A stretch of DNA of 63,889 bases, the filler included, from Octopus bimaculoides (taxonomy: Eukaryota), in the NCBI RefSeq assembly GCF_001194135.2. It is 6 parts of 6 records of this genome, joined end to end, with 100 filler letters (N's around TTAATTAATTAA, not from the genome) between each part and the next. Parts side by side here need not be neighbours in the genome. Positions count along the whole stretch, not along the records: positions 25,104 to 47,291 come from NC_068988.1; 5 more parts are not named here. One strand, given 5' to 3'. Below are positions 26,221 to 39,887 of this stretch, piece after piece (position 1 is the stretch's first letter; each line of letters starts with the position of its first letter). A program made the position numbers and the translations under genes. The notes under the pieces were generated by a model, which saw nothing but the letters and a program-made list of their open reading frames with translations, was not told the DNA's origin and did not search any database.

Positions 26221-27338
26221 CATTAGAATTCGGAAAAATAATGAAAATAATTTTGAATACCCGGAGGTAAACGAGAATGTAGTTGTTGGCGATGAATTAT
26301 TGGATTATTAACATCCAGGTTATTTTGAATATTTGTGTAGCGAATCGAACATTGCATTAATGACGAAAATATTCTAAACTTTTCAGTAGTAGAAGGATTA
26401 AACTAAGAATATTCGGAAATATTATACCACTTGAACGTCTCACACAATTAGCAGTAATTATACAAGTAAACAGGAAGTACTATACAGTTCGTGATATATA
26501 AGCATATTTCAAGGAATATATTTTAAAAAATACGTGCTAATTTATGTTGTGTAAAATGTCAATGTCCCAAAAATGTTCTAAAACAATATTGTACACCAAA
26601 TTTATAGTCTCTTACTATTTCATTAGCCATACACATGACATTGAGGGGATTTGATAAAATTGAAACATGATAAACGTTTTCTCTCGTGCTTGAGAAAACG
26701 TTGCTTCCGCAAGTCAAGAGTATTACTAATGATAATAATTGTAATGCTTACTACATTATTTATGGATAAAAGGCATAAAGGTTCAAGAGAAATATCAGTG
26801 TAGCTGTGTTGATAAATTACGAGGAAGCAAACACGACCATAGAGATGGAAATGAAATAGGAAATCCTAGTATATAATTTAGTAGAATATATTTTAAAACC
26901 ATGAAGTTGGGAAACCAGCAATAGAAAAAAAATATTGTCTGTATATACACAGAGAGACCATATTGTTACAAATATTGCTACTCAGATACATCTTAATAAA
27001 ACGGTAGTTTTTTTTCAGTGCTTAAAACGTAAAATGAGTCACCTAACAACTATTCATCGGTTAATAAGATCAAGAAGTTAGTTATAGTTATGAATATGAG
27101 TTCCATAGGGTTATCTGTAGTTAACAACGTGCAACAATCTAACTGAAGACGAGATTACAATGCACGTTTTTTGATATATTATATACTTAAAGATGATTGT
27201 CTTGATAAACAATATTCCAGGTATTTCTTTTTTAAATATGTTACTATAGATAACTTCAGTCGTGCCCAGAAGAAATTGCATTTAAAAATTTTCCTTTTAA
27301 TGATTAAATGTTATTCTTAATAACACTTGAAACTACTA

Positions 27339-27550
27339 GCTGGCAGACTCGTTAAGCATGCCGGGCAAAATGCTTAGCGGTATTTCGTCCGTCTTCACGT
27401 TCTGAGTTCAAATTCCGTGGAAGTCAGCTTTGCCTTTCATCCTCTCGAATTCGATAAATTAAGTACCAGTGAAACATTGGGGTTGATGTAATCGACTCAT
27501 CTCCCGACCACACAAAAAATAGCTACCCTTCTGGCAAAATTTGAAACCAT
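27339..27550 (+). mobile_element. SINE family A
   Basis: GCTGGCAGACTCGTTAAGCATGCCGGGCAAAATGCTTAGCGGTATTTCG...GAGTTCAAATTCC...GCCTTTCATCCT...GATAAATTAAGTACCAG. Confidence 0.85.
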
Positions 27551-28014
27551 TCTTAATAACACTTCTATCATTCACAATTATCCAAAATTGTATTACGAAG
27601 TTTGTGATAGAAATGCGGTATCTATAAAAGACAAAGTAATTTACAAGTATATTTTAGAGCCACATTAACCTTTCTTAAAGAATTGTGGGATAAAGGATGC
27701 ATGAAATCTTTACTTACCAACGATATCTGATTAAAAAATCTCCCAATGCTTTCGTAATTAACAAAATAAGGATATATGTTCTTTATGGCCAGTAAGTCTC
27801 CAGTAATTGAGTGTATTTTTTGTACATTGTAAGAAGCACTGAATTCAAGCTGCAAATGATTGCAATATAAAAACGATTTAAGAAAACTTTGACACCATAC
27901 ATGTACCTTCAAAAATATAATGTATAGGATAACGTATCAAATTAGTGTAAAATTATAACTGAACATAAAAACAAGCGTTAATATTTACATATGAAAGCTT
28001 GCTTTATGTTTAGT

Positions 28015-29040
28015 TATTGGGTTGTCCGGAAAGTTCTTGCCGATTTAAAAAAAAAAAGGAAAGGGTCAATAAATACTTGCTATTACATTTTTAATCAATC
28101 AAATATGAATCTTTTGTTGCACAATGCGTCTCCGTGTTTCCTTTAACTTGTAAATTCCCTCTTCCCAGAATTGAGGTGGTTTTATGGCAAAGAATTCATC
28201 AAGGTATCTTTTTATGTCATCCAAGGAATTGAAATTTTTACCATTAGGACTATTCTGCCGAGACCTGAATAAGTGGAAATCCGAAGGAACAATATCTGCT
28301 GAATATGAAGGGTGGGGTAACACATCCTAGCCGAGCTGCAGCAATTTTTGTCTAGTTCCCAAAGAAAAGTGCGGTCTTGCATTATCATGTTGGAAAACAA
28401 CACCATTCCTGTTGGCAAATTCTGGAAGTTTCTCTTGAATTGCTGCTTTTAACTCGCCCAGTTGTGTGCAGTATTTCTCAGAATTAATTGTCTGGTTACT
28501 TGGGAGACGCTCATAGTACAGAATTCCTTTCCAATCCCACCAGACACAAAGCAAGACTTTTTTAGGGTGAAGACCCACTTTTGAGGTGGCTAAGGGTGGC
28601 TCATGTCGCTTACTGCAGAATCGCTTTCTCTGAACATTTCGGTAGATAATCCATTTCTCATCAACTGTCACAATTTGCTTTAAAAAAGGGGCGTTTTCAT
28701 TCCGTTTATAAAGCGAATCACAGATGGAAATACGATCCAAAAGGTTCTTTTCACTCAACTCATGTGGTACCCAAACATCGTAGCGATTTGTGTGTCCAAG
28801 CTTCACCAGGCGCTCATGAATGACGGATTTTGATAGGTTGAGGCTTTCTGCCAATTCTCGGGTTCTGCGATGTGGTTTATTCTCAATTAATGACTTGATT
28901 TGGTCATCACCTGTAGTGGATGCTCTGTCTGATCGCTCTTTATCAATAAGGCTACAATCTCCAGCTAGGAACCTTTCGAATCCCTCCCGTATAGTTCTTT
29001 CGAATAAAGAAACATCACCGTAAACTGCGCATATTTCAAT
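28015..29040 (-). mobile_element. Mariner (DD34D) DNA transposon, 5'-truncated; transposase pseudogene at 28099-29040 with one in-frame stop
   Basis: Continuous frame IEICAVYGDV..ERT..RF..GD...RELAESL..WVPHEL..TVDEKW..LHPKKVLLCVWW..HDNARPH..LG*DVLPHPSYSADIVPSD. There are 34 residues between the 2nd and 3rd Asp; TAG at 28327-28329 replaces the usual Trp. TA plus TIR-like TTGGGTTGTCCGGAAAGTTCTTGCCGATT at 28015-28045; no partner TIR found. Confidence 0.92.
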
Positions 29041-29049
29041 TTATCTATC

Positions 29050-29500
29050 ATATTTCCCAGCGTAGAACACAGACGAATTCCCACAAAATTGATATAAGGA
29101 CACAAAGGCATTGATGACTACGATAGAATTTCCGTGATGCTTAGTTTCTGAAAAGATCTTAGCAAGGGTACTTCTCAATCGGTTGCCAGATCATGCTGAA
29201 CTAGAAATTCTTCCTGTGTCACAAAGAGTCTTTCGTTTACATCGCGGTACAACGGATACGATATTTGCAGCCGGACACAAGTTCAAGATAATTGCAGAGA
29301 AATACAACTCAATTTGTAACAGTCTTTCATGATTCTTTAACACTCTACATTTGATGTGTCCATTTATACGCTAAGGTATCCGGAAAAGTCCACAGGATTC
29401 ATTAGGTATTTTCACAACACCGTTAAATCATGGGTATAAGTCACGGGTGAACTACTAGAACCCAAGTCAGTTAAATCTTGTGTTATGATGAGTGACGTCC
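29050..29500 (+). mobile_element. Degraded RTE-clade LINE reverse-transcriptase fragment
   Basis: From 29150: EKILARVLLNRLPDHAELEILPVSQRVFRLHRGTTDTIFAA (cf. GKILARVLLNRL...LPESQCGFR..RGTTDMIFAA). Further QDNCRE and TLRYPEKSTGFIRYFHN remnants follow with frameshifts. Confidence 0.8.
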
Positions 29501-29908
29501 TGAATCCTACATTGTTCCCCATCTTATTTAAAGCAAAACCAATTTATACAACAGGTATATAAGTAATATTTCGGTGTATTTCCTCTGTTCATTCGCACGC
29601 GCACAAACAAACACACAAGCCGTTCATTTGCACTTTTAGATAGCGGGATGGAGTGACGAGGGGTGAAGGAATCAATTTTGGAGTTTTCACATAAAAAAAA
29701 AAAAAATTGAAATTAATTGTATTTTCCATATTCTTAATCCCCATATTTTTTCCACGTAGATTACAAAACAAAATCGAAAACAAGTTAAAGTTAAAAAAAT
29801 TGCAGTGGGGTGGGGTTGATTTAAAATTTTGAGAACATGGTTTTTGGCATATGCAGAAACTGCGTCATCGAATTTTTTTATTTCACATGAAAGTACCATT
29901 TGAAATTC

Positions 29909-29959
<51 letters not shown>

Positions 29960-32900
29960 GTATTTTATTTGCTTTCATTGCCTGTTGCTTCAGTAGAAAT
30001 CTACGGACGCAGAAATGCACAAAGCGGAGAAAATGAAACAAATATGGACGACATTTTCCGAAACATCCCCAAGTGGGGAACAGTTCTCAAAGATAAACCC
30101 CAATTGTTTTCTCCAAAACTTCCTATATGCTTAGAATATGTATAGACCGAGGTGTATTTATAGACAGTTTCATTAACAAATATTCATTTTCCTAAAAGTT
30201 AAGCGAATTGTAGTGAACTCCGGTCAATTTTCCAAAAATGATCTACCGCATCTTCCTAAAACATTTTCTCCCAACAGATTGTACGTTCTGATTGTTCATG
30301 ATATAACACATATTCGTAGAAAATTCCATTTACAAATATCCATTTTTCTGAAAGTTATGAGCATCCAGACTCGGGTGATTAGAAATCTGTAGTTATGCCA
30401 CCGAGAAGAATATAAAAAAAATGGAAGTACGTTTAGAAAGTTTTTTTGTATCAGCAATCATGACAACTGAATATCAAGTATTAATAAGGCGACCTGTTCA
30501 AAAATTGCCCGAAATAAATATTGGAAAAATCAAGAAAAAGGTGTCTATCTCTGTATGGAATATTTTTTCTCATACAAAAATAAATTTTAAAATTATCAGA
30601 AATCGTCACAACTGAAATGATGTATACCTACATGTGTGTACAAATAGCTGGTTAGGACGCCAAATACAGAAAGTTCAAGCTTAGTTACCACGTCAGGACG
30701 CAAAAGACAGGGAGTTCAGAAAACGTTTTGAAGACGTGAATCTTTATATATAAAGCAATATTATTTATTTTTACTAAAAAACATATTTCTAAAAAAAAAA
30801 ATAATCAGGATTGTAGTTTGAGCGTGCACTGAGGACACATACAGACAGGGTATTTTATATATTAAGATTACTTTCTATATTCAGATACTTTAAACATATA
30901 GTTAAAATTATGTTATGCAATATTTTTATACATTTTAACATTTTTATTGTAAGGTAAATGGGCATTACAATAGATTCCCGTATGTGCCTTAGGAATACAT
31001 TTCAAAACCGCACAGACCGGGCAGAAAAGCCGAGAGGCCTGCTAGTATGGATGTATATAAATAAGTACATGCAAAGCTTTGATAAGAAGGTTTAGGGAAG
31101 GAAAGAAGGGGTGTTTTATGTTTCGAGCAAAGCTCTATTTCAGAAATAGGTGACAGAAGAAAGNNNNNNNNNNNNNNNNNNNNNNNNNNNNNNNNNNNNN
31201 NNNNNNNNNNNNNNNNNNNNNNNNNNNNNNNNNNNNNNNNNTTTATCATGTAATTTTTTTTCAATGAATTAAGTGCCTGTCGTGTATATGTGTGTGTGTG
31301 TGTGTGTGTTTTCAAATAAGTCTTATCTGTCAAAAAGAAAATACACTTTATCGACATCGAAAGGATAAACCAAAAATATGGTTTGAGCTCGTTGAAACGA
31401 ATATAAATAATAAATATTTATTTAAAATTCATTTCTGCACTATTTTACGCAATGTTGAAACAAAACCCCACCAGTCCTGACAAATATTTGTACTTATATG
31501 TACAGTCAGTTTGTTATTTTATTTAGACTGAGCAGAATTTGTTTGTTATAGCGGGTCGCTACTCAGTTGTCTGAAAATCCACTGATCACATAAAATCCAC
31601 ATAACCATCATTTCAGACATATTCAGCATGGTACAGTTACTGAACACAAATTACATTTTAGACCATCTGTCAAAACTTATGAAGGGACCACATTTACAGA
31701 TATTGGAGTTAAGTGAAGTAGACTAGGTAACAATCATTTAAGTGTTGTCTCAGTTTAATAGTTGGTAATATGTCTATACATATTCTGCATGAAGCTGAAA
31801 ACCACGTTTATAGTTTATAGCTCTCGATTTCTCATAATCCATTGAGGTATTCTAAAAAAAAAAATGAGATTTCACTTAGTTTTCTGATTAGAACATTAAA
31901 AAGTGTTTATGTGATTGTCATAATTAACGAAATATGACTTACAATGATGGCTTTACCATAATATTCAGATTTAATTGTATACTTGAACCAAGGTAAATGC
32001 CCAGTGATACGCAGATAATTCCGTAACATGGTCGTGTGATTTGTATACACCGGCAATTTATTGAATTCATTAAATATATATGTCCAATAAGGTTGCATTG
32101 TCCTCTTTTCATTTACTGGAATAAAATTGTTAATCATCAGTTTTCTTGTCAGTGGGAGACAATAAAAATATGCAAAACAATAGATAGTAGCATTCCCATA
32201 GATTTTACTTGTGAATATATGAGAAACCTTTTAGTCCTTTCCTTTGAAGAAAAAAAAACTGAGAAGAAAAATCTTTTCTATGCATCTATATCAACTGTTT
32301 TCTACTAAAACAAAGAATATTTGAAGGATTCAAAGTTAGATTCTGCGTAATTTTAAGCCCTTCCCCCTGTTTTAAATATTTTAAATTTGTAGCTCATAGG
32401 GAGTCATCATAAATACTTTAGGATAGTAACAGTAGCATATCATTTCACAAAACTCTAATACTGACTGAGAAATCAATTGTCATGTAGTTATATGATTCCA
32501 ATCCATTCTCTACTTCGTACCAATCTTTAGTAATTTTTATCCCGGCGAGTGAATTTAACTAATAGACAAGACGCCAGATACTCATTGTCATCAAATATAG
32601 CAGTGGAGTATACCCAGAGGTCTTTTAATAATTTAGAGCTTCATCAAACACACAAGTCAAAAGCGTGTGTTTTATCCATTAGCAAATTAAAAGCGCTTTT
32701 TAAGATGGTATTACTAGTTAGTAGGCATGCACATGCTAACTTAGTGTGTTGATTAGAATTGCTTACGCTGAAAAGGCATTATTTTTACAAAGGAAACCTA
32801 AATAATTTGATCATGGTGTGCAGAAAAATAGCATTTGTTCATATTGAAATGTGAGCATGAGAGATTCATTAACTAGAAATTAAACATTTCAATTTATATT

Positions 32901-34599
32901 TTATTGTATTGTTATCGATTAAAAAAACTTTGATTTATTTTTCTAAAATGTAATTTACGCAACATAGATATATGGAGAATTTATTAACTGTATTTATAAG
33001 TTGGGTAATAAAACATAATTCAACTCGAGGTAAAAATCATTTATTTGTTATTCAATGCCTAAATTTCTGCCTTTATTTTGATACGATATAGTTTGATACT
33101 ATTTCACAATCTTTGAAATTTTTTACACGAAGTGACAAGTAGATAAACCTCCTATACAATCCCAATTTGGTTTCATTTTCTAAGGATTGGAGTTAGCATG
33201 CTTTGAATATTAAACAAAAATGAAAGACGTGTACGTACCTTGATTTCTACACGACTTGTACAATTTCTTCACCATCTTCACAGGTTCAATAGCATATTCT
33301 TTATTTGTTTCTTCAAGTAAATCTGTCGGTCAAAAATATACTATAAACACTTCTGAAAGACTACAGAGCTAATGTCACCTGGAACTGATAAATTATATAC
33401 TTCATGGCATTTGACACTCTAAATGTTCATTTTGCGTAATTTATATAGTACTTTCAGACACCCGTGAATTCGCTGGAGCAAAGAAATTCTTAAAATCGTA
33501 TCACCAAATTATGTCCATCATTCAGTGACAACAACAAAGAATCTATATACATCTATTTTCTATGTTTTTAACCTTTCGAAATTATTTGAAGAAATACGCT
33601 TTGGATTGCAAATGAAAGCATGAGTTATTCACGATAAAATGTTTTGATGAATAACACCTGCCAAATCGCGGAGTTGTCTCATATATCATTACCATTTGAT
33701 CTTCCCCAAAGCTTATTATAGCTGCAAGTAAGACGTGATGTCAATTAAATAACCGGTGACTACACTTACCCCATATAATTGTATTTTCAACTGTTTTTTT
33801 CTACACAGATATGTACCGATTCTGATGTCAGTAATCAGAGAACTTCTTTCAAAGTACTGCAATAATTTATGAATTACACAGGTGTTCATTAAATACCAGA
33901 GTCTTCACAGATTAGAGAATGTAAGATATTATGTGTTATTCACACACTGAACTACCGAGTTAATTTTTACGTAATTTATTTGCACTACGAGTTACCTGTG
34001 ATGCAGGATTCTACGGAAGCTGTTACAAATAGAGTTGTTTTGAATTGCAACAAGATTTCTGATTTTGCCTACTATTTCTCAGTTGTAATGACAACATTTT
34101 GTTTAGTGTCAGAAAGCTTGGACCGATTGCGATAAAATTATTTAATGCTTCAAACTTACATTTATTGTTTGATTACATTTTGAAAGAATACAGTATATGT
34201 AGGTATGATATAAATATAATTCATACATTTTCACATTTCTTATAATTAGAAATGGTTATGTAGTTCTGAACAAATAAATCTATGGATCTTATTAGAGATA
34301 GAATATATGATGTGATCTAAATTTAAAAGACTTGCGTAACGATAACCCTACAGAATATCAGGGTATACTACAAACTTAACCGTCGTGGTAAAACTGCTGA
34401 AAATTTCAGATTTTATAGACGTTTTATAAAAAAATATTAACATATGATTCTAGGATAATATAACGCAGAGAGATATGGAAAACATTGAAATTCAAATATA
34501 CATCTTGAATATATTAAGACACACCGACAGAAGTTTAGTTACATCATGCAGAATAATATTATTTATAAACGTTGGTACAAGAACAACAATTTCAAGGGA

Positions 34600-34757
34600 G
34601 GATTACGATATTTACAGCGATCCCATTGATCAATTGGTTCTTATTTAATCGACCATGTGAAAAGCAAAGACGACCTCTGCGCAATTTGAGCGTAAAAATG
34701 GGCGAAATTCCGTAAAGTATTTTGTTCGGAGAGCTAAAGTTTCTGCCAACTCGCCCG
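34600..34757 (-). mobile_element. Degenerate SINE family A
   Basis: TAATCGACCATGTGAAAAGCAAAGACGACCTC...AATTTGAGC...TTCTGCCAACTCGCC. Confidence 0.6.
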
Positions 34758-34787
34758 ATCAAACATAATTGCAATATTAACAATATA

Positions 34788-34945
34788 CTGTCTGTCTACG
34801 TTCTGAGTTCCAATTACGTCGCGGTCGACTTTGCCTTTCATCCTTTCGGGGTCGATAAATTAAGTACCAGTTGCGTACTGGTGTCGATCTAATCGACTGG
34901 CCACCTACACCAAAACTTCGAACCATGTGCCTAGAGTAGAAAAGA
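34788..34945 (+). mobile_element. SINE family A, 5'-truncated
   Basis: GTTCTGAGTTCCAATT...GTCGACTTTGCCTTTCATCCTTTCGGGGTCGATAAATTAAGTACCAGTTGCGTACTGG. Confidence 0.85.
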
Positions 34946-36789
34946 ATATTAGCTTTATGCCACTTAAATGAATGACAAAATGAAGACAAGAACAACAAAT
35001 AATGTTATGCTGGATTGCCTAACATTTTGCAGTTAATGAAATAAAATATGAGTAATACTAAGCTGGAAAAGATATGTTATATTGTTAAATTCATGACAAA
35101 CTGCAAACCTCTTTATGTTTTACAATTACTTTTCGATTAAGTCTTACGCTCGACATTTCCATAACAGAGTTCATCAATGCACAGAAATGCTTTATGCAGA
35201 CTGTTTTTCAAACCCTGAACTAAATGAAAATCTGATAATGAACTAAATCTTATAATGTAATGTTATACAACTATTCAGATATAAATAACGTTAAGTAGAG
35301 ACTTCCAACGAGTAAGGAATATTTTGGTTACAGATGAACAAATTAAAGTTCAATATATTTGTAGCAAAATCCCAGCATTTTTATAGATTGTATAAATCTA
35401 TACATACCAATAAGTTCTACATCCGTTGCAGGTTGTATCACAGCTTTTATCTTCGATACACATCCCGCTAGATCTGGTTTCGATGAAATGTTAAATTCTG
35501 GTGGATTTTTGCAGGCATATAAGCAAAAGCTTCGACACGGCGTGATAGGTTCATTCACGTTAGGACCTGCTGAATTTCACAGAATTGGTGATTTAGTAAA
35601 AGCTTATAAATATTCAAATATACATATTATATATTAATTGTTTTATTGCTTCCTACATATTTGTTCCCCCACCCATTCTAGTTTTATATACGTCTGATTT
35701 TTCCTCGATTATATATAAAGTGTCCAGGTGGCTCTAAGTACCCTCAACTGATGATAGCGAATTGGCGACTAATGTCATTCCACATAATGTTTGCAGGCGC
35801 TTCATTTTTCCTTGAACCAAATTTGCAGTTCCATAAAAAAGACGAGATGCAAACAAACATGGGTAACCAGCAAAAAATCAAACCGGCAATCGGCGAAGGA
35901 GACTTTTTAGACGGTCCAGCCTTGACTGTCTTTTCATATCAACAGACAGAACATTCCAAACATGCCTTGCAAAATATTTTGGCAGCTGGTGGACCCACCT
36001 CAGTAAGAGAACGAGTCTAGTCTCTTTCATAGGAAACAGAAGATTGGACATTCCTAACGGCTCTTCCGTATTCTGTGGACAAAATATTTGACGTTTCACA
36101 ATCTCTGAAACTAGGATAAAACTTGACGTTTTGCGGCAAATTATGACGGAGTCTTTGTAGGTATTAACCTCTTTTGCTTGACCCGTCATGGAGAACTTCC
36201 TCCTGACACATTTCTCAGATGGAGTAGTCAGCCTTTTCATGACCTCATCCCAGTTCCAGTCTATCTGAATGTTCGGTCCAAGGACATTATTTAAATTCTC
36301 TATCAGTCCAAAAGTGAGAAATGTATTGTTATGTATTGAATTAGATATGAGAAAGTAAAAACATATTTTATTTTGTGGAATATAAGCAAATTTACAACGT
36401 TATACTCTGTCAGTATTTAGAAAATAGTCTGTAGATAATATTTGCAAATAAAACAAACAACGGAGTGCATGGAAATTTTCACATTGGAATGAACGGGACA
36501 GAGCGCAATGACAGAACTTGAGAAAAATGAGAGGCAAGAAAAGCGATGTTTATTAATTTAACAATTTTGCTTTACCTGTGAAACTTGTTCCAACATTCTG
36601 ATTTCCTTCATCCATATAATACCATATCATATAAAACCAACTTATAATCAAAAGACATATAAGAAAAGTGAACCTGTTTCAAAATATATATCATTATTAT
36701 TTTATAAAGATATGGCAGATATAGAATATTAAAGAAGGTAAGTGTTAAATTTGAATGAAACCTAATGGAGTTTACTAGAAGTAAATATT

Positions 36790-37100
36790 TTACTAAGAAT
36801 GGCTTATTCATGCAACATGATAATACAAATCCACATTCCCAGAAGGAAAACATTTTATACAATATCACATACTGAAACAAAATCATTCTTCACATACTCC
36901 GCTTTTATTCATATGGTTGATCATTCTAAGCCAAGCAGCCTTGAATGGACTAAAAAGAACAGCAGAAATCACTGAAGAGGCCACATGTATGACGAAAGAT
37001 TTCCAGAACAAGGAAAATGAAATATGGACAATAATAAGACTAAATCTGAAGTGAAGAACGAATATATAGATACGTGTGTTTATTTGGCAAAGAATGACCG
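36790..37100 (+). mobile_element. Ancient mariner transposase remnant
   Basis: GLFMQHDNTNPHSQ at 36801-36842 matches the second catalytic-Asp motif (HDNARPH); downstream similarity is weak. Confidence 0.35.
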
Positions 37101-37329
37101 TCCATAAATAAATCAATATTGGTATTCATCTTTCAGAATATCCTGTATACATATATATATATGTCAGTGTGTATTGTGTGTGAGTGAGTACGAGTCTCTG
37201 TATTTGTGTGTGGGTATCGGGTGGCGTGTGTGTGCGTGCGAGTATGTGTATGTGTATTAGGAGTGTAAAAGTAAGGTTGCATTTCATGTAATGAGTACAG
37301 ATCAGCTTCACTTCTAACCTGCATATATT

Positions 37330-37542
37330 CAACCATTGAAAATATGATGACTATCGTTAACAAATTGTTTCCCAAATTAAAACTAGTTTTGCGTTTCCTC
37401 GGGCAGAAAAATCAAGCTCTTTAGAAGAGAAAAATATTTCAATTGTCGTTTTCATATCCTCGTCTGTGCTACTGAATGCTTTTTCACACGTAATATGTTC
37501 GAGTGATCTGATTAAGTGAGAAACCGTAGTCATTCCCAACAA
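37330..37542 (-). mobile_element. Ancient mariner transposase C-terminal remnant
   Basis: SHLIRSLEHITCEKAF..DEDMKTTIEIFFSSKELDFSARGNAKL (cf. D.HLFRSL...L.GK.F....K..I..FF.SK..FY.RGI.KL). Confidence 0.6.
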
Positions 37543-37860
37543 TAACCTTACTAAGCAGAGGCTCCCGCCAAATGAAAATCCAATTTTAACAACCAGCTCA
37601 GATCTCGCACTAAACGTTTACTGTGCGTTAGGTGGAACACAATACATATAACTCGTAGTCAATTATTGGAGACAAGAGAAAAACTTCAGTGCGGCCATTC
37701 ATTGCCCATAACTTGAACGTATCGATCGTATTTTGTTCTAAATACAATCACATCTAGCTAATAGAAAAAAAACAATACGCTACATTACAATTCAAGGCTG
37801 CATTCACCGAAGAAAAACCCCATAATGATAAATTGAATGATCCAGAAATATCCACGTCGA

Positions 37861-38080
37861 TATCCCCACACATCAAATCTAGCACCCTCAAAGTTTTCCT
37901 CATTTAGGTCACGTGCACTCTTTACCAGTGAAAAACATTTTAAAACAAGTATTCTTTCTTCCTCTAACCTACTTAATAATTCATTCTCCAAATTGGGTGG
38001 GAGCTGACGAAAAAGAACACAAGTGCTGAAATGGTAAAATGATAATGCTAAAGATGGGGATTTTATTTTCAATGAATGAA
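37861..38080 (+). mobile_element. Ancient mariner transposase C-terminal remnant
   Basis: YPHTSNLAPSKFSSFRSRALFTSEKHF (cf. YSPDLAPSDFHLFRSL..FL.GK.F) and terminal KDGDFIFNE*. Confidence 0.45.
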
Positions 38081-39553
38081 TANNNNNNNNNNNNNNNNNN
38101 NNNNNNNNNNNNNNNNNNNNNNNNNNNNNNNNNNNNNNNNNNNNNNNNNNNNNNNNNNNNNNNNNNNNNNNNNNNNNNNNNNNNNNNNNNNNNNNNNNNN
38201 NNNNNNNNNNNNNNNNNNNNNNNNNNNNNNNNNNNNNNNNNNNNNNNNNNNNNNNNNNNNNNNNNNNNNNNNNNNNNNNNNNNNNNNNNNNNNNNNNNNN
38301 NNNNNNNNNNNNNNNNNNNNNNNNNNNNNNNNNNNNNNNNNNNNNNNNNNNNNNNNNNNNNNNNNNNNNNNNNNNNNNNNNNNNNNNNNNNNNNNNNNNN
38401 NNNNNNNNNNNNNNNNNNNNNNNNNNNNNNNNNNNNNNNNNNNNNNNNNNNNNNNNNNNNNNNNNNNNNNNNNNNNNNNNNNNNNNNNNNNNNNNNNNNN
38501 NNNNNNNNNNNNNNNNNNNNNNNNNNNNNNNNNNNNNNNNNNNNNNNNNNNNNNNNNNNNNNNNNNNNNNNNNNNNNNNNNNNNNNNNNNNNNNNNNNNN
38601 NNNNNNNNNNNNNNNNNNNNNNNNNNNNNNNNNNNNNNNNNNNNNNNNNNNNNNNNNNNNNNNNNNNNNNNNNNNNNNNNNNNNNNNNNNNNNNNNNNNN
38701 NNNNNNNNNNNNNNNNNNNNNNNNNNNNNNNNNNNNNNNNNNNNNNNNNNNNNNNNNNNNNNNNNNNNNNNNNNNNNNNNNNNNNNNNNNNNNNNNNNNN
38801 NNNNNNNNNNNNNNNNNNNNNNNNNNNNNNNNNNNNNNNNNNNNNNNNNNNNNNNNNNNNNNNNNNNNNNNNNNNNNNNNNNNNNNNNNNNNNNNNNNNN
38901 NNNNNNNNATATATATATATATATATATATGAACGTTTTTGAGTATAATAATATATATTATATACACAAACCAGTTTCGCCAGTAATAGCTTGACGTCGC
39001 TAAATTTGGTGGCATCTTTAAAATAGATATATCTTTTCAACAATCTGTAATTTACAACGTCATTGTACTGTCCATCCTAAAATTTGACCGACTGTATTGA
39101 CATCCACTTTACATTCCTTAAATACTGGTAATACCGATTAAAAATTTAATTTGTTGATCATCTTTTAATATATCAAACCATCAAAACATTTATTAAACCT
39201 GATGAGATGTAGTTTGTGTAAGATATTACATAATGTTAGGTATGCTGGTCTTACTGCATATCACGCGCCAACATGTATATGTCACAATACTTCTCTTAAT
39301 GAAATAACTATAGCAGTATCAAATAACCGATTCGTCTGTTTTCATTAAATTCTTACGTTATGTTGCTAGCATCTCAATCAGTGCGATGAGGAAAGTGAAT
39401 ATGAATATTTCTTTGAAAATATACCAGAGGGAACACGTATTATATGCAATTTCCATTTCATAAACACGAGATGTTTGTCATGAAACATTATTTTATGAAT
39501 AGAAATATTGCATTTCTAAATGTCTCAGAGAGATTTATACAGTAGCAGCACGA

Positions 39554-39887
39554 ATAAGTGATGTTATGTTGCCAACTTAATGTGGAAGTCCCACGAAAGG
39601 GAAGAATGCTACTGCTATTTAGCCCTAGTAAACACCGTTTCCAGTTGGCGAATATGCATCGACAGATAGCAAGCCATGCTCCTCCAGACTGATGATGAGC
39701 AATGATTCTGAAATTACTCTTTCGATGATAGCTTTGCTGAGTGGAGGTGCTTATCTTCCCCTTTGAAAACGTAAGGTCACAGAAAATGTGTCATGGCCAA
39801 CTAGAAACGATGTTTCCTAGGGCTAAATATCTGTAGCATTCTTCCCTATTACAACCACATTACGTTGCCAACATAACAACACCTTAT
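39554..39887. mobile_element. MITE / foldback element with about 90-bp imperfect terminal inverted repeats
   Basis: 39598-39651 AGGGAAGAATGCTACTGCTATTTAGCCCTAGTAAACACCGTTTCCAGTTGGC is the near-perfect reverse complement of about 39795-39847. An outer pair (GTTATGTTGCCAACTTAATGTGG / CCACATTACGTTGCCAACATAAC) extends it, with TA at both ends. Confidence 0.75.

Noticed and set aside
35700-36300. Overlapping ORFs 35751-36020 (+) and 35878-36240 (-)
   Set aside because: No recognisable motif or splice context by eye; may be a decayed transposon, left unassigned.
39688-39715. CTGATGA...GAAA inside the MITE as a hammerhead
   Set aside because: No stem II pairing between the core motifs.
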